A DNA stretch of 64,000 bases from positions 192,001 through 256,000 of the forward strand of contig CBFIAK010000001.1 in the NCBI GenBank assembly GCA_965660445.1. The letters are read 5' to 3'. Source of the DNA: Patescibacteria group bacterium. GTDB lineage: Bacteria; Patescibacteriota; Gracilibacteria; UBA4473. Every line of letters starts with the position of its first letter. Position 1 is the stretch's first letter. This document shows, piece by piece, positions 11,764 to 21,080 of the stretch. A program made the translations under genes and the position numbers. Below the pieces are notes generated by a model. That model saw nothing but the letters and a program-made list of their open reading frames with translations. It was not told the DNA's origin and searched no databases.

Positions 11764-12768
11764 ATGGCTCATCGTATTGCTATTAATGGATTTGGTCGCA
11801 TAGGTCGTTGTGTGGCTCGTATTCTTTTAGAAACATATCCTGACAGTGTGGATATTGTTGCTATTAATGATCCTTCTCATGGTCATTCGAGTGCGTTTCT
11901 GTTTGAGTTTGATTCAAACTTTGGAGCGTATCCAGGGCATGTATCGTTTGATGAGTCTATGCAAGAATATGAGATAGACGGGAAACGAATTAAAAAGTTT
12001 GCTACTCGATCTATTGAAGAATTGCCATGGGGAGATCTTGATATTGATGTGGTGATTGAGTCAACAGGTGTTTTTACAAATAAAGATGATTGTGAAAGAC
12101 ATTTAAAACAGGGGGCAAAAAAAGTGTTATTATCGGCTCCGGCAAAAGGTGGAGGGTTTAAAACAATTGTGTTAGGCGTGAATGAACAGACGCTTTCTAC
12201 TGATGATCGATTGGTTTCAAATGCGTCATGTACGACGAATTGTTTAGCACCGGTAGCAAATGTATTACACCAAAAGTTTGGTATTGAGTCTGGGTTTATG
12301 ACAACGGTTCATTCTTATACAACAAGTCAGCGATTATTGGATATGGAAGACAAAAAAGATTTGCGTCGTGGGCGATCAGCTGGGCAGAATATTATCCCTA
12401 CCAGTACTGGTGCAGCGAAAGCGATTGGGCTTGTGATTCCTGATTTAAATGGAAAGCTAGATGGGATTGCTGTGCGCGTTCCGACTCCAACGGTGTCTTT
12501 GGTTGATTTAACAGTTCGGGTTTCTCGGGATGTATCAGTAGAAGAAATAAATAATGCGATGCGTGATGCTTCGTTTGAGAATCCGGTTGTGTTGGGGTAT
12601 GAAGAACGGCCGTTGGTGTCATCTGATTTTCGAAAAGATTCTCGGTCGTCTATTTTTGTGCCCAGTGAAACAAAAACAAATGGTTCAATGGTGAAGGTTT
12701 TGTCTTGGTATGATAATGAGTGGGGGTATTCGAGTCGGTTAGCAGATTTAGCGTATCGTATTTCATGA
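11764..12768 (+). CDS. gap: Type I glyceraldehyde-3-phosphate dehydrogenase
   Basis: INGFGRIGR, SNASCTTNCLAP, WYDNEWGYS. Confidence 0.98.
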   Translation: MAHRIAINGFGRIGRCVARILLETYPDSVDIVAINDPSHGHSSAFLFEFDSNFGAYPGHVSFDESMQEYEIDGKRIKKFATRSIEELPWGDLDIDVVIESTGVFTNKDDCERHLKQGAKKVLLSAPAKGGGFKTIVLGVNEQTLSTDDRLVSNASCTTNCLAPVANVLHQKFGIESGFMTTVHSYTTSQRLLDMEDKKDLRRGRSAGQNIIPTSTGAAKAIGLVIPDLNGKLDGIAVRVPTPTVSLVDLTVRVSRDVSVEEINNAMRDASFENPVVLGYEERPLVSSDFRKDSRSSIFVPSETKTNGSMVKVLSWYDNEWGYSSRLADLAYRIS

Positions 12769-13211
12769 GAAAAATATTTTTTGTTTTTATTTTTGGTGTT
12801 TTGTTGTGGGGGTGTGGATCCTCACAAGAAGAGGTTTTAGAAAACAAGAAATTAGATAATTTAGACACCGTTTCGGGGAGGTCTGGGTATCGGTATGCTT
12901 CAGATTTAGAGTGTAAAATTACAACGGCTACCGATCCATCAAAAGAGGGGGAGGTGTTCCATTTAAAAGGATTAGATTCTCCTATAAATACTATTTCGTT
13001 TGCACAAGACGATTTTCGTCCAATTGTGATGGAACGTGCAGGGATGGGTGTTCAGTTTCGTGGGTTTGTGATAATAAGTACATTGTATGGGCAGTCGTAT
13101 TTGTTGTTTGATGTTGAGACGGGAGTGTTTAGTTTATCGAGTCTTGATATTATTGAGACACTCGATAAAAATACGTATCGTGGGAACTGTGGTGCTTTAT
13201 TGGGTTCTTGA
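12765..13211 (+). CDS. Hypothetical lipoprotein
   Basis: Start overlaps the gap stop (ATGA); MRKIFFVFIFGVLLWG-C lipobox-like signal. Confidence 0.7.
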   Translation: MRKIFFVFIFGVLLWGCGSSQEEVLENKKLDNLDTVSGRSGYRYASDLECKITTATDPSKEGEVFHLKGLDSPINTISFAQDDFRPIVMERAGMGVQFRGFVIISTLYGQSYLLFDVETGVFSLSSLDIIETLDKNTYRGNCGALLGS

Positions 13212-13222
13212 CTTTTTTTCTA

Positions 13223-16200
13223 ATGGTTTTTGTATTTCGTTTTTTATTAAGTTTTGCTCTTGTGATAGCATTTCCATTGTTATCACTTGCACAGTTAACG
13301 ACTGTAAAAACGGTGTATGTAAAACCCATAAATATGACCACAACGGTTTCAGAGGGAGTGCTTCATGGGGTGGGAAATGTTGAATTAGATCCAGAGGTTA
13401 TTGGGCGTTTGTATTGGACTATTACTGATGAGTATGGAGGGATTGTATGGAACGAAAACGTGCCATGGAAATCGGGATATGTTTCGGTTTCTGATAATGG
13501 TTATCCGTTGATAAAGGTTCCGTTTTCGTACGATTTTTCAGTAAAGAAATCGTATGGAGTGTTTAGTGTTCGGTTTTTTATACAAAACAAAGATGGTGCG
13601 CTGGTGGCGCAAGGTCATAAAAAGATAGAAGTTCGAAAAGAAGGCGCACAAACTCGTATTTCAAATCTGCGAGTAGAGACGGTTGGTGATGAATTTGATG
13701 TGTTTGGATTGGTGTTTCAGGAAAACGCGTATGTGTCGGATAAGGTTCGGTTTGTGCCTCGGCTAAAGGTGTATGAATATGAAATAGATGGGGTTGAGGT
13801 ATTGTCGTTATCGGGTGATATGGTGGAGCTTTTGGGGCGTACGAAAGAACAGGTCTCGTTTACGTTTCCGGTTCCAAAAGTACCGAAAGTATATGTAGTA
13901 GAAGTTTTTGCAGAAGATGAGTGGGGTGATCGTTTAACACCGTCTTTGCGGGAAACCTTTGTGATTGAGGGGGCGTTTGCACATGCTGATTCGTTTTCTT
14001 CGAGTCATGCTCAGTTTGCTGAAACAGGTAATATGGTTGATTTTGAAATACGTGGGTTGGTGCGGCGTCCGCGTGATCCTTTGTTAGTGCAGGCGACGAT
14101 TCAGCAATTTTATGGAGACAAAAAAATAGAATCGGTGACGACTCAGCAGACGTTAGAGTTGGAAGAATCTCGTTTTCTAGCTCAATTTGAATACGAGGTG
14201 GTTGAGCAAGGGGCGACTCATTTTGCGGTATCGGTTCGATTGTTGCAGAATGGAGAAGTTTTGGAAGAATCATCGTTTATAACTGATAGATTTGAAGCTG
14301 CTGAAATAGAAGAAGTCGAAGGATGGTCTTGGGGGATTTTGTGGGTGTGTGTGTTTGGAATTTTTCTGTTTTTGGCGTGGTTTTTCTTTGTGAGGAAGGT
14401 GTCGGTAAAGTTGCCATTGGTTTTGCTTGGTGTTTTTATTCCGTTTTTTAGTGTTTTAGCAGAACCTTTACAAGGGAGTATGGATTCATCGGATTTGGTT
14501 TTTGAATGGTTGTATCCTCAGGTCGATACGCATTTCAGTACAAACCCAGAAAGAAGTTCGTTTCGGTATTTGTTTTTTCAGGGCAGATTCGTGAATTCAA
14601 TCACAAATAGTGGAGCGTTGCGGTCTGATACTCGAGTAAGCGTTCGGTTGCGGCATGAGTCTACGGATGTATTGTATGTAACGAAAGATATGAATGTGCA
14701 GTCATTGCATTTTGATATTGTAAAGAATGATGATGGAGATGTGATGGTTGTGGATGATGATTTTCGTCGGTTTTCATTTTTGATACCGACGGTTGATGGT
14801 GAGATTGATATTGTTGAGGATACAAATGGAAACGATGTATACGACATTGCTGATACTGTGGTTTCTTGGCAAGGCTTGCCTGATGGGTCATATGAGATGA
14901 GTTTGGTTTTGAGGAGTACTGCGAGTAATGCAGACCCTTTGCTTACTGATACTCAGCATGTTGTCCTTGATAGGGACAAACCATTGGTTCGGTTTTTGTT
15001 TGAACGAACACAAGACGTGTTTGATTTTGAAGAAAATCGATCGGAACCGCCTATATTTTTTGTAAATGATGATCGTGGGGTTCGGACGCGTGTTGAGTGT
15101 CAGGACGATTCGGGATGTTTTGATCCAGATGGAGATGTTGTGTTTGGTGGGACTGGTGCTTTGGCATCGCAGTGGTATCCAGAATATTTTGTGAAAGGAA
15201 ACTTTTGTGACAGTGGTGATGACTATTGTTATGCAAATGAGAAGATTCGTGGGTTTGAGGTATGTGATGTGGCGGGAAATTGTACGGATTACACGCAGGC
15301 AGAATCACAGATTATGATTCGGTTTTATGACCCACAGTCTCCGGAATGGCAAGAGGAACCGTTGGTGATAGAACAGGAAAGAGAATATAACAATCGAGAC
15401 TATAACCAGAGTCAGGGGGGGGCAAGTCGTGATTATTTGTATGGAGAAGGACGAGCGGGGGCAAGTGCTGCTGAGCAGTCTCGGTTATCATTTGGGGTAC
15501 AAGATGGAACAAGTTCGAGTATGGTGTTGGATCAAACACCATGTGAGCCAGCATCTCAGTCTTCTTTTCGGCCTTATCCGGGGTCTGATCCGCAGTATTG
15601 CGGAATGAGAATGTATCCGTGTCGGCAGTTTTCAGTTTTAGGGGAACGAGTTGTGCCGGTATCGATAAATGGTGATTGTAATTCTGGAAGTTTTGAGAAC
15701 CCTGATGAGTTTTCAGATGATGGGGAGTGTTGTCATTGGCGGTTCCCATATTGTTTACCAATTTATTTTGGCACACCTCCTGATCATTGTAGTGGAGGTG
15801 ATAATACGGATTCCAGTTGTGAATCACCTACACCGTCAGGGGTAGGGGTTTCGAGTACAGTTGTGGGGAGTCCGAGTGGAGAAGATGTTGCATGGCAAGC
15901 AGGAGACTCTGGGGGAGCATGTTTTGTGGAATGTAGTGCGGGGTATGTATGGCAAAATGGTCAATGTGAAATATCAAATAGTAATAGTTGTGAATCACCT
16001 ACACCGTCAGGGGCAGGGGTTTCGAGTACAGTTGTGGGGAGTCCGAGTGGAGAAGATGTTGTATGGCAAGCAGGAGACTCTGGGGGAGCATGTTTTGTGG
16101 AATGCAGTGCGGGGTATTATTGGAATGCGGTTAATAGTGCGTGTGAACAAGAGTTAACTTCGGGGTGTGAAGACCCAGATATTGCCTTGGGGGGATACTT

Positions 16201-18136
16201 TTGGGCTTCGTGTAATGCAGGTGCGACAGATGTATATGATGGACAAACGATTCGAACAAGTGCGGGAGATAGCACGGTGCATGCCTCTGATCGTTCATTT
16301 TTTGGAGGGTATTATCAATGGAGTAGAAACCAGAACGTTATGAATACAGGAACACTTTTTGCTGGTCCAGTAACTGAATCAGTGGCCAATAGTACAACAC
16401 AATTTATTCGTAATAGTAATGGTGCTGGAGATCGGTTTGATTGGGTTACTCCAGTTGGTTCGGTTCGTATTTGGCAACTTGCAGATACGAGGCAAGGGCC
16501 GTGTGCAGATGGGTATCAGGTACCAAGTTCTAGTGTGTGGCAATCAGCGATAAATGATGCGGGGTCTGTAAATACAGTTGGAACACGGTTAAAATTACCA
16601 AAGATGGGGTTATTCCGTTATAATTATGGACATGTGGGTAATACTGGAGCGTATTGGAGTTCTTCAAGTGGAGGGTATACAGGGCAGGCAAGAGCGTTTG
16701 TGTTTGGTTTTGATCCTCGTTCTAGTGGGTTGGGTGTAAACCCAAATTATCATCGGTGGGATGGTTTGCCGGTACGGTGTGTAAAAACACCCTTAGAGTG
16801 TAAGGGATCTGTTCCGAGTAATGCGAACTTGTGTAGTGGTGATAGTAATTTATTAACATCCGATACACCAGTCCGGTTGACCGATAGTTGTTCAGCGGCT
16901 CATAAATGTGAATACGTGTGCAAATCTGGGTATGTGTTAGAAAATGGGGCGTGTGTGCAAGATTTGAGTTGTGCTTCTCCGATGCCTTCGGGTATTGGTG
17001 TTTCTAGTACGGTTGTAGGAAACCCTTTGTCATCTGGGGTTGCATGGCAAAATTCAAATAACACTCAAGCTTGTTTTGTTGAGTGTAGTGCGGGGTATGT
17101 ATGGCAAAATGGTCAGTGTGAAGAGCTTCCAAAAGAGTGCAGTGGGACGATTTGGTCAAACTCAGTTGAATGTAATGGGTATGAGGTTGGGTTATCTCAG
17201 GATAGAACGACATCACTTTTAAACGCATGTACCTCCTCAACGAGTGATCATTGTCATCGAACATGTGCGGAAGGGTATAGAAAACGCATGAATTGGTGCG
17301 AGGCAATTCCAGGATATTTTAGTTGTGATGATACAACGAAGCCATCGGGTGGTGTTGTTTTAAATGAAAACAATCCTTCATCGGTAAATGTTGAATGGCA
17401 ACGATCGAACTCTTCGGGAGAATGTTATTTCCGTTGTGATACGAATCACACGTATAATGAATCGACTAATACATGTGAACCAGACGTTCAATATCGAAAT
17501 TGTCTGCGTCCATCTGGAATGGGGCAAACTGATTTCACAGTTAATTCGGTAACCACTGTTAATCTGAGAGCAAAATATCAATGGACATCAGGAGATAATC
17601 ACTTAGGGGGTGGTAATCCAGGATATATTGGACAATATCGCTCTGTGTGGAATGCTCAAACACGTACATGGAGCGGATCTCCTACTCCAACGTTTAGTCG
17701 AACTCCAAAAGTAACGGATCAAGACTGTACGTATTCTTGTGCAGGGTGGCGAACAGAGAATTCTTTAGGTATATACGGACCCGATTCTCATGCAAATCTT
17801 CGATATAATACTATTTCAAATGCAGGGTCTCGTTGGAATGGAGGGAACACATGTGTTGAAAACTTCTTTCAAGAGTCATGTAATACAGCAGAAACATTGG
17901 CAAGTTTACCAGATAATGCGGTTATGGTGAGTGGGGAAACAGTTGCGAAAACTTATGTATGGAATAATTCTGATAGTCTTGTGACAACGCTGCCTACTTC
18001 ATTTCCGGGTTTAACAGATGAGTATGTCTGGCCATCGCAATGGGTTCATAAATCACTTGATATCTATAGTGGTCGATGTTCGTTTGAGTGTGCATCAGGA
18101 TATACTTGGAATAGGAATACATACCGATGTGAGTAG
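13223..18136 (+). CDS. Large Cys-rich surface protein with internal TM segments, Cys repeats and a Fib_succ_major-like domain
   Basis: ~1637 aa; signal-like N-terminus, beta-rich region, TM hairpin, many C..GY.W..G.C repeats, FWASCNAGA/GGYYQW/GPCADGYQVPS/YWSSS/PVRCVK motifs. Confidence 0.75.
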   Translation: MVFVFRFLLSFALVIAFPLLSLAQLTTVKTVYVKPINMTTTVSEGVLHGVGNVELDPEVIGRLYWTITDEYGGIVWNENVPWKSGYVSVSDNGYPLIKVPFSYDFSVKKSYGVFSVRFFIQNKDGALVAQGHKKIEVRKEGAQTRISNLRVETVGDEFDVFGLVFQENAYVSDKVRFVPRLKVYEYEIDGVEVLSLSGDMVELLGRTKEQVSFTFPVPKVPKVYVVEVFAEDEWGDRLTPSLRETFVIEGAFAHADSFSSSHAQFAETGNMVDFEIRGLVRRPRDPLLVQATIQQFYGDKKIESVTTQQTLELEESRFLAQFEYEVVEQGATHFAVSVRLLQNGEVLEESSFITDRFEAAEIEEVEGWSWGILWVCVFGIFLFLAWFFFVRKVSVKLPLVLLGVFIPFFSVLAEPLQGSMDSSDLVFEWLYPQVDTHFSTNPERSSFRYLFFQGRFVNSITNSGALRSDTRVSVRLRHESTDVLYVTKDMNVQSLHFDIVKNDDGDVMVVDDDFRRFSFLIPTVDGEIDIVEDTNGNDVYDIADTVVSWQGLPDGSYEMSLVLRSTASNADPLLTDTQHVVLDRDKPLVRFLFERTQDVFDFEENRSEPPIFFVNDDRGVRTRVECQDDSGCFDPDGDVVFGGTGALASQWYPEYFVKGNFCDSGDDYCYANEKIRGFEVCDVAGNCTDYTQAESQIMIRFYDPQSPEWQEEPLVIEQEREYNNRDYNQSQGGASRDYLYGEGRAGASAAEQSRLSFGVQDGTSSSMVLDQTPCEPASQSSFRPYPGSDPQYCGMRMYPCRQFSVLGERVVPVSINGDCNSGSFENPDEFSDDGECCHWRFPYCLPIYFGTPPDHCSGGDNTDSSCESPTPSGVGVSSTVVGSPSGEDVAWQAGDSGGACFVECSAGYVWQNGQCEISNSNSCESPTPSGAGVSSTVVGSPSGEDVVWQAGDSGGACFVECSAGYYWNAVNSACEQELTSGCEDPDIALGGYFWASCNAGATDVYDGQTIRTSAGDSTVHASDRSFFGGYYQWSRNQNVMNTGTLFAGPVTESVANSTTQFIRNSNGAGDRFDWVTPVGSVRIWQLADTRQGPCADGYQVPSSSVWQSAINDAGSVNTVGTRLKLPKMGLFRYNYGHVGNTGAYWSSSSGGYTGQARAFVFGFDPRSSGLGVNPNYHRWDGLPVRCVKTPLECKGSVPSNANLCSGDSNLLTSDTPVRLTDSCSAAHKCEYVCKSGYVLENGACVQDLSCASPMPSGIGVSSTVVGNPLSSGVAWQNSNNTQACFVECSAGYVWQNGQCEELPKECSGTIWSNSVECNGYEVGLSQDRTTSLLNACTSSTSDHCHRTCAEGYRKRMNWCEAIPGYFSCDDTTKPSGGVVLNENNPSSVNVEWQRSNSSGECYFRCDTNHTYNESTNTCEPDVQYRNCLRPSGMGQTDFTVNSVTTVNLRAKYQWTSGDNHLGGGNPGYIGQYRSVWNAQTRTWSGSPTPTFSRTPKVTDQDCTYSCAGWRTENSLGIYGPDSHANLRYNTISNAGSRWNGGNTCVENFFQESCNTAETLASLPDNAVMVSGETVAKTYVWNNSDSLVTTLPTSFPGLTDEYVWPSQWVHKSLDIYSGRCSFECASGYTWNRNTYRCE
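15815..16116 (+). repeat. Intragenic tandem duplication, 171-bp (57 aa) period; diverged third copy at ~16967-17122
   Basis: AGTTGTGAATCACCTACACCGTCAGGGG starts at 15815 and 15986, near-identical for ~130 bp. Confidence 0.95.
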
Positions 18137-18230
18137 TTCAGCCTTATTTGACATTCATTGTAAAACAGTGTAAATATTTATTATAAGAATACGATATTCT
18201 TGTTGTTTCACATTTTTTTGGGGGTCTCAT

Positions 18231-18746
18231 ATGAGATTTTTCTGTCTTTTTTTAGGGCTTTTTTGCACAGAGTTTGTGTTAGCTGATGAGTGCGAGGTTC
18301 GCACAGCGGAATTGTTAAAAATGGAGCATGACACTGTTGTTATACAACGGAAAAAAGAATGGTCTGTGGTAAACCAGATTGTTTTTAATCGAGTGCTTCA
18401 TACTCACGAAGAGGATTTGGACTATATTATCTGTAGTGAGTCGATTATTATTCGTCGAAACATTATGCCTTTTGGGAACCTTTTGGTTCGTCAAGTGGGG
18501 TATAAGATGCAATATATATTTTCAATGCCTGACGATGGAGGGCATTGGTTTTATTTTGAAATCGATGTCTTCTCTGATGCTATTTTGCGCGATTATCAAG
18601 AAAAGAGGGAAAATGATGTTTACATGGCAACACAAGACAACATAAACATCTTTTTTTCTAGAGATTTTCCTCATGATTTATTTTACGGATCTTTTTTGAA
18701 TGATACGTCGGCTTCGGTTGATCGTGTCTTTAAACATTTCCGTTAA
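18231..18746 (+). CDS. Hypothetical secreted protein
   Basis: 171 aa ORF with signal-peptide-like N-terminus (..VLA-DE), followed by a terminator. Confidence 0.65.
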   Translation: MRFFCLFLGLFCTEFVLADECEVRTAELLKMEHDTVVIQRKKEWSVVNQIVFNRVLHTHEEDLDYIICSESIIIRRNIMPFGNLLVRQVGYKMQYIFSMPDDGGHWFYFEIDVFSDAILRDYQEKRENDVYMATQDNINIFFSRDFPHDLFYGSFLNDTSASVDRVFKHFR

Positions 18747-18752
18747 ACTTAT

Positions 18753-18784
18753 AAGCTTTGGTTGAAAAAACCAAAGCTTTTTTT
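18753..18784 (+). terminator. Intrinsic terminator
   Basis: AAGCTTTGGTT-gaaaa-AACCAAAGCTT followed by a T-tract. Confidence 0.75.
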
Positions 18785-18817
18785 ATGAGTTTTTATAGAG
18801 TAAATGGCGGACGAAAT

Positions 18818-18831
18818 GGAGACCGGTCTCC
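18818..18831. repeat. Isolated REP-like palindrome GGAGACCGGTCTCC
   Basis: Perfect 14-bp palindrome identical to the core of copies at 20.5-21.4 and 57.0 kb. Confidence 0.85.
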
Positions 18832-18905
18832 TGTTTTGGGATAATAAAAAAACCATTTTCTCATTTATTTCAGAATATTGAAAGCGTGAGAAAATGGTTT
18901 CGGTG

Positions 18906-19388
18906 TTATTCAATAAGTTTTCGGGCTTCCTCTCTATTAATTATTGTTATTGGAAGTTGTTTAAATTCAATAACCTTGTTATGGTTATTTTTATCATGAA
19001 CATAATACAACTTCCTTCTGCCTATAAGAAATTGACAATATTGAATAAGAAATTCGTTAGAGGGATTTTCGATGTCTGTGTGAGAGACTCCAAATAAATC
19101 ACCTAAAACTGGATCACCATAAAATACAAATTTCCAGAAAGATTCTGTTTCTTGCAAAACAATAAAGAGTTCATCTTTGTGTATGTTTTTCATTATATTT
19201 CGAATGTCTTGAGGGGAAAGATCCCCCCATCCTATTTTATAACCTTTTTTGTTGTACCAGCTTGTGTTTTGAATGAATTTTTGAGAGCGTGTTTGACTCG
19301 TTATAAGTCCAAAGTGATAAGGCTTCCCGTCTCGATTATAAAAAGCGCCCTTTTCAAGGCGAATATTTTGGAGTATGTGCAGACTCAT
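18906..19388 (-). CDS. Hypothetical protein
   Basis: 160 aa ORF; WYNKKGYKIGWGDLS looks like a conserved segment but no family is recognised. Confidence 0.6.
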   Translation of the reverse strand: MSLHILQNIRLEKGAFYNRDGKPYHFGLITSQTRSQKFIQNTSWYNKKGYKIGWGDLSPQDIRNIMKNIHKDELFIVLQETESFWKFVFYGDPVLGDLFGVSHTDIENPSNEFLIQYCQFLIGRRKLYYVHDKNNHNKVIEFKQLPITIINREEARKLIE

Positions 19389-19594
19389 AGATTTCTGAAT
19401 CCTTTATATTGTTAATGAAGAATGATGATGTGTTCATTCTTAAAAATAAAAGAAATAAACACGAGTATCTAACGAAATAAAAAAGAACCCCAATAATGTA
19501 AACACTATTGCATTAGCTCTTATATTATAAAAAAAGTAGTGCGTCAACAAAAAAGCCTGTTTCCGAGAAAGAAATTGGGCTTTTAATTGTGTTC

Positions 19595-19679
19595 TGGTGG
19601 GCAGGACAGGATTCGAACCTGTGAAGGCTAAGCCGGCAGATTTACAGTCTGCTGCGTTTGACCGCTCCGCAACCTACCC
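19595..19679 (-). tRNA. tRNA-Tyr(GTA)
   Basis: Reverse complement GGGTAGG..GCAGA-CTGTAAA-TCTGC..GGTTCGAATCC..CCTGCCC-ACCA; long variable arm, encoded CCA. Confidence 0.97.
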
Positions 19680-19906
19680 TTTTGTGGTAAAAAGCTACAG
19701 AAGTCTAATTTTCTTCTCAAAAAAGTCAAGCAAGAGAAGTATTGTGATTTTTTTGAAAACGATACATTCGTATTCCTTTATAAGGACGCTAGTGATTTCT
19801 TTGAATAATCACTATTTTATGCATAAATCGAGAAAATTTAGTTTTTTTGCAAGAGGGTGAGAATCTCTTTTTGACCTTTCTCTAAAAAATTATATGATTT
19901 TTATGT

Positions 19907-20503
19907 ATGGGATATAGATCTGTTCCTTTTCAAACAAATACGTACTACCATATTTATAATAGGGGGTGGAATAAGCAGCGTGTTTTTTTTGATAAAAATG
20001 ATTATAATCATTTTTTTGATCTTATTACGAAATATAGAAAAAAAGAACAATTTCAGAACATTGTTTTTATAGCATATTGTTTTTTACCAAACCATTTTCA
20101 TTTCATTCTTAAGGAAGAAGTAAAAACGAATGAATCTGTTGAGAACAAAGAAATTTTGCATTCAGGAGAAGAAACAAAAAATATATCTGAATTTATGCGA
20201 TATTTATTGGTTTCGTATGCAATGTATTTCAATAAACGGCATGGAGAAGAAGTAAAACCTGAAAAAAAAGCACCTGTATTTGAAGGAAGATTTCAGTCTC
20301 GTATTATTGGCCATGAAGATTATCTGAACTATGTGCATACCTATGTCGAGTATAACGCTATAAAGCACGGGCTAGTAGAACGACCAGAAGACTGGCCGTA
20401 TTCAAGTTTTCAGTTTCGGAAACACCAAACAGAAACAGATGAATTATTTCAGGATATCCTTGATAAAATGAACAGAGATGTTTTTGATCCAGGATTCATA
20501 TAG
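19907..20503 (+). mobile_element. REP-associated tyrosine transposase (RAYT, HUH/Y1 superfamily)
   Basis: 198 aa; YYHIYNRG, AYCFLPNHFHFIL (HUH), FEGRFQSRII, YVEYN..KHGLVERPEDWPYSS; palindromic repeats immediately downstream. Confidence 0.88.
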
Positions 20504-20544
20504 GTAACTTGACTTCTCTTTTTGAAGATGTGTTATTTTATTAC

Positions 20545-20835
20545 AATGGAGACCGGTCTCCATTATGTGTAGATATAGATTCAAAAAAATATTCTAAAAA
20601 AACAAAACCGCATATTTAAGTCAAAAGTTGGAGACCGGTCTCCAACTTATTGGGATTCAGGTTGAGAAATAAGGAACAATCATAAGGCTGTGCACAGTCT
20701 TGTGATTTTTGTGATTCCTGCGATTTATTCTAGATTCTAGATTCTGGGTTCAGGATTCCATGTAGCTCCTGCGCTTCCCCATAATTCATGATTCTTGCTT
20801 TATAATTCTGAAGTGAGAAAAACTTTCTCACTTTA
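20545..20835. repeat. Mosaic repeat locus R1
   Basis: Palindromes 20545-20564 (20 bp) and 20625-20648 (24 bp), 30-bp hairpin 20678-20707, AGATTC heptamers, AAGTGAGAAA/TTTCTCACTT hairpin. Confidence 0.9.
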
Positions 20836-20853
20836 CTGCACTTCCTCTGTCTT

Positions 20854-21080
20854 TCTGTTTGTCATTTTTTGACCACCAAAAAAGAACGAAAAAAGGTGGG
20901 CGACGGTTCTCTATACATGGGAATGAAATGATTCATCAGTGGGAAGCTCTGAACTCCAATTTTTTCATAAATTTAGAATCACAAAAGAAGAGAAAAATTG
21001 TCAGACAGCAGAGCTTCATTATTCCACTGCTTTCATCAATCATTCGCATGTCTTTCGAAAGTCGCGAAAAAAGGAACAGA
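20854..21080. ncRNA. Candidate structured rod-like ncRNA (strand unknown)
   Basis: Nested complementary segments listed in the findings; no convincing ORF. Confidence 0.45.

Noticed and set aside
16190-16790. Diversity-generating retroelement targeting the Fib_succ_major-like domains (also ~24100-24710)
   Set aside because: No reverse transcriptase and no template repeat differing only at adenines were seen in the window; a remote DGR cannot be excluded.
18801-18815. TGGCGGAC as a duplicated tRNA 3' end (att site)
   Set aside because: Too short, and it does not match the 3' end of the nearby tRNA-Tyr.
19907-20503. IS200/IS605 element with TnpB/IscB
   Set aside because: No adjacent RuvC-domain ORF; length and motifs fit RAYT better than IS200 TnpA.
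20846-20856. 11-nt complementarity (TCTGTCTTTCT) to the S-layer leader at 25729-25739 as antisense control
   Set aside because: Short and low-complexity, so plausible by chance.
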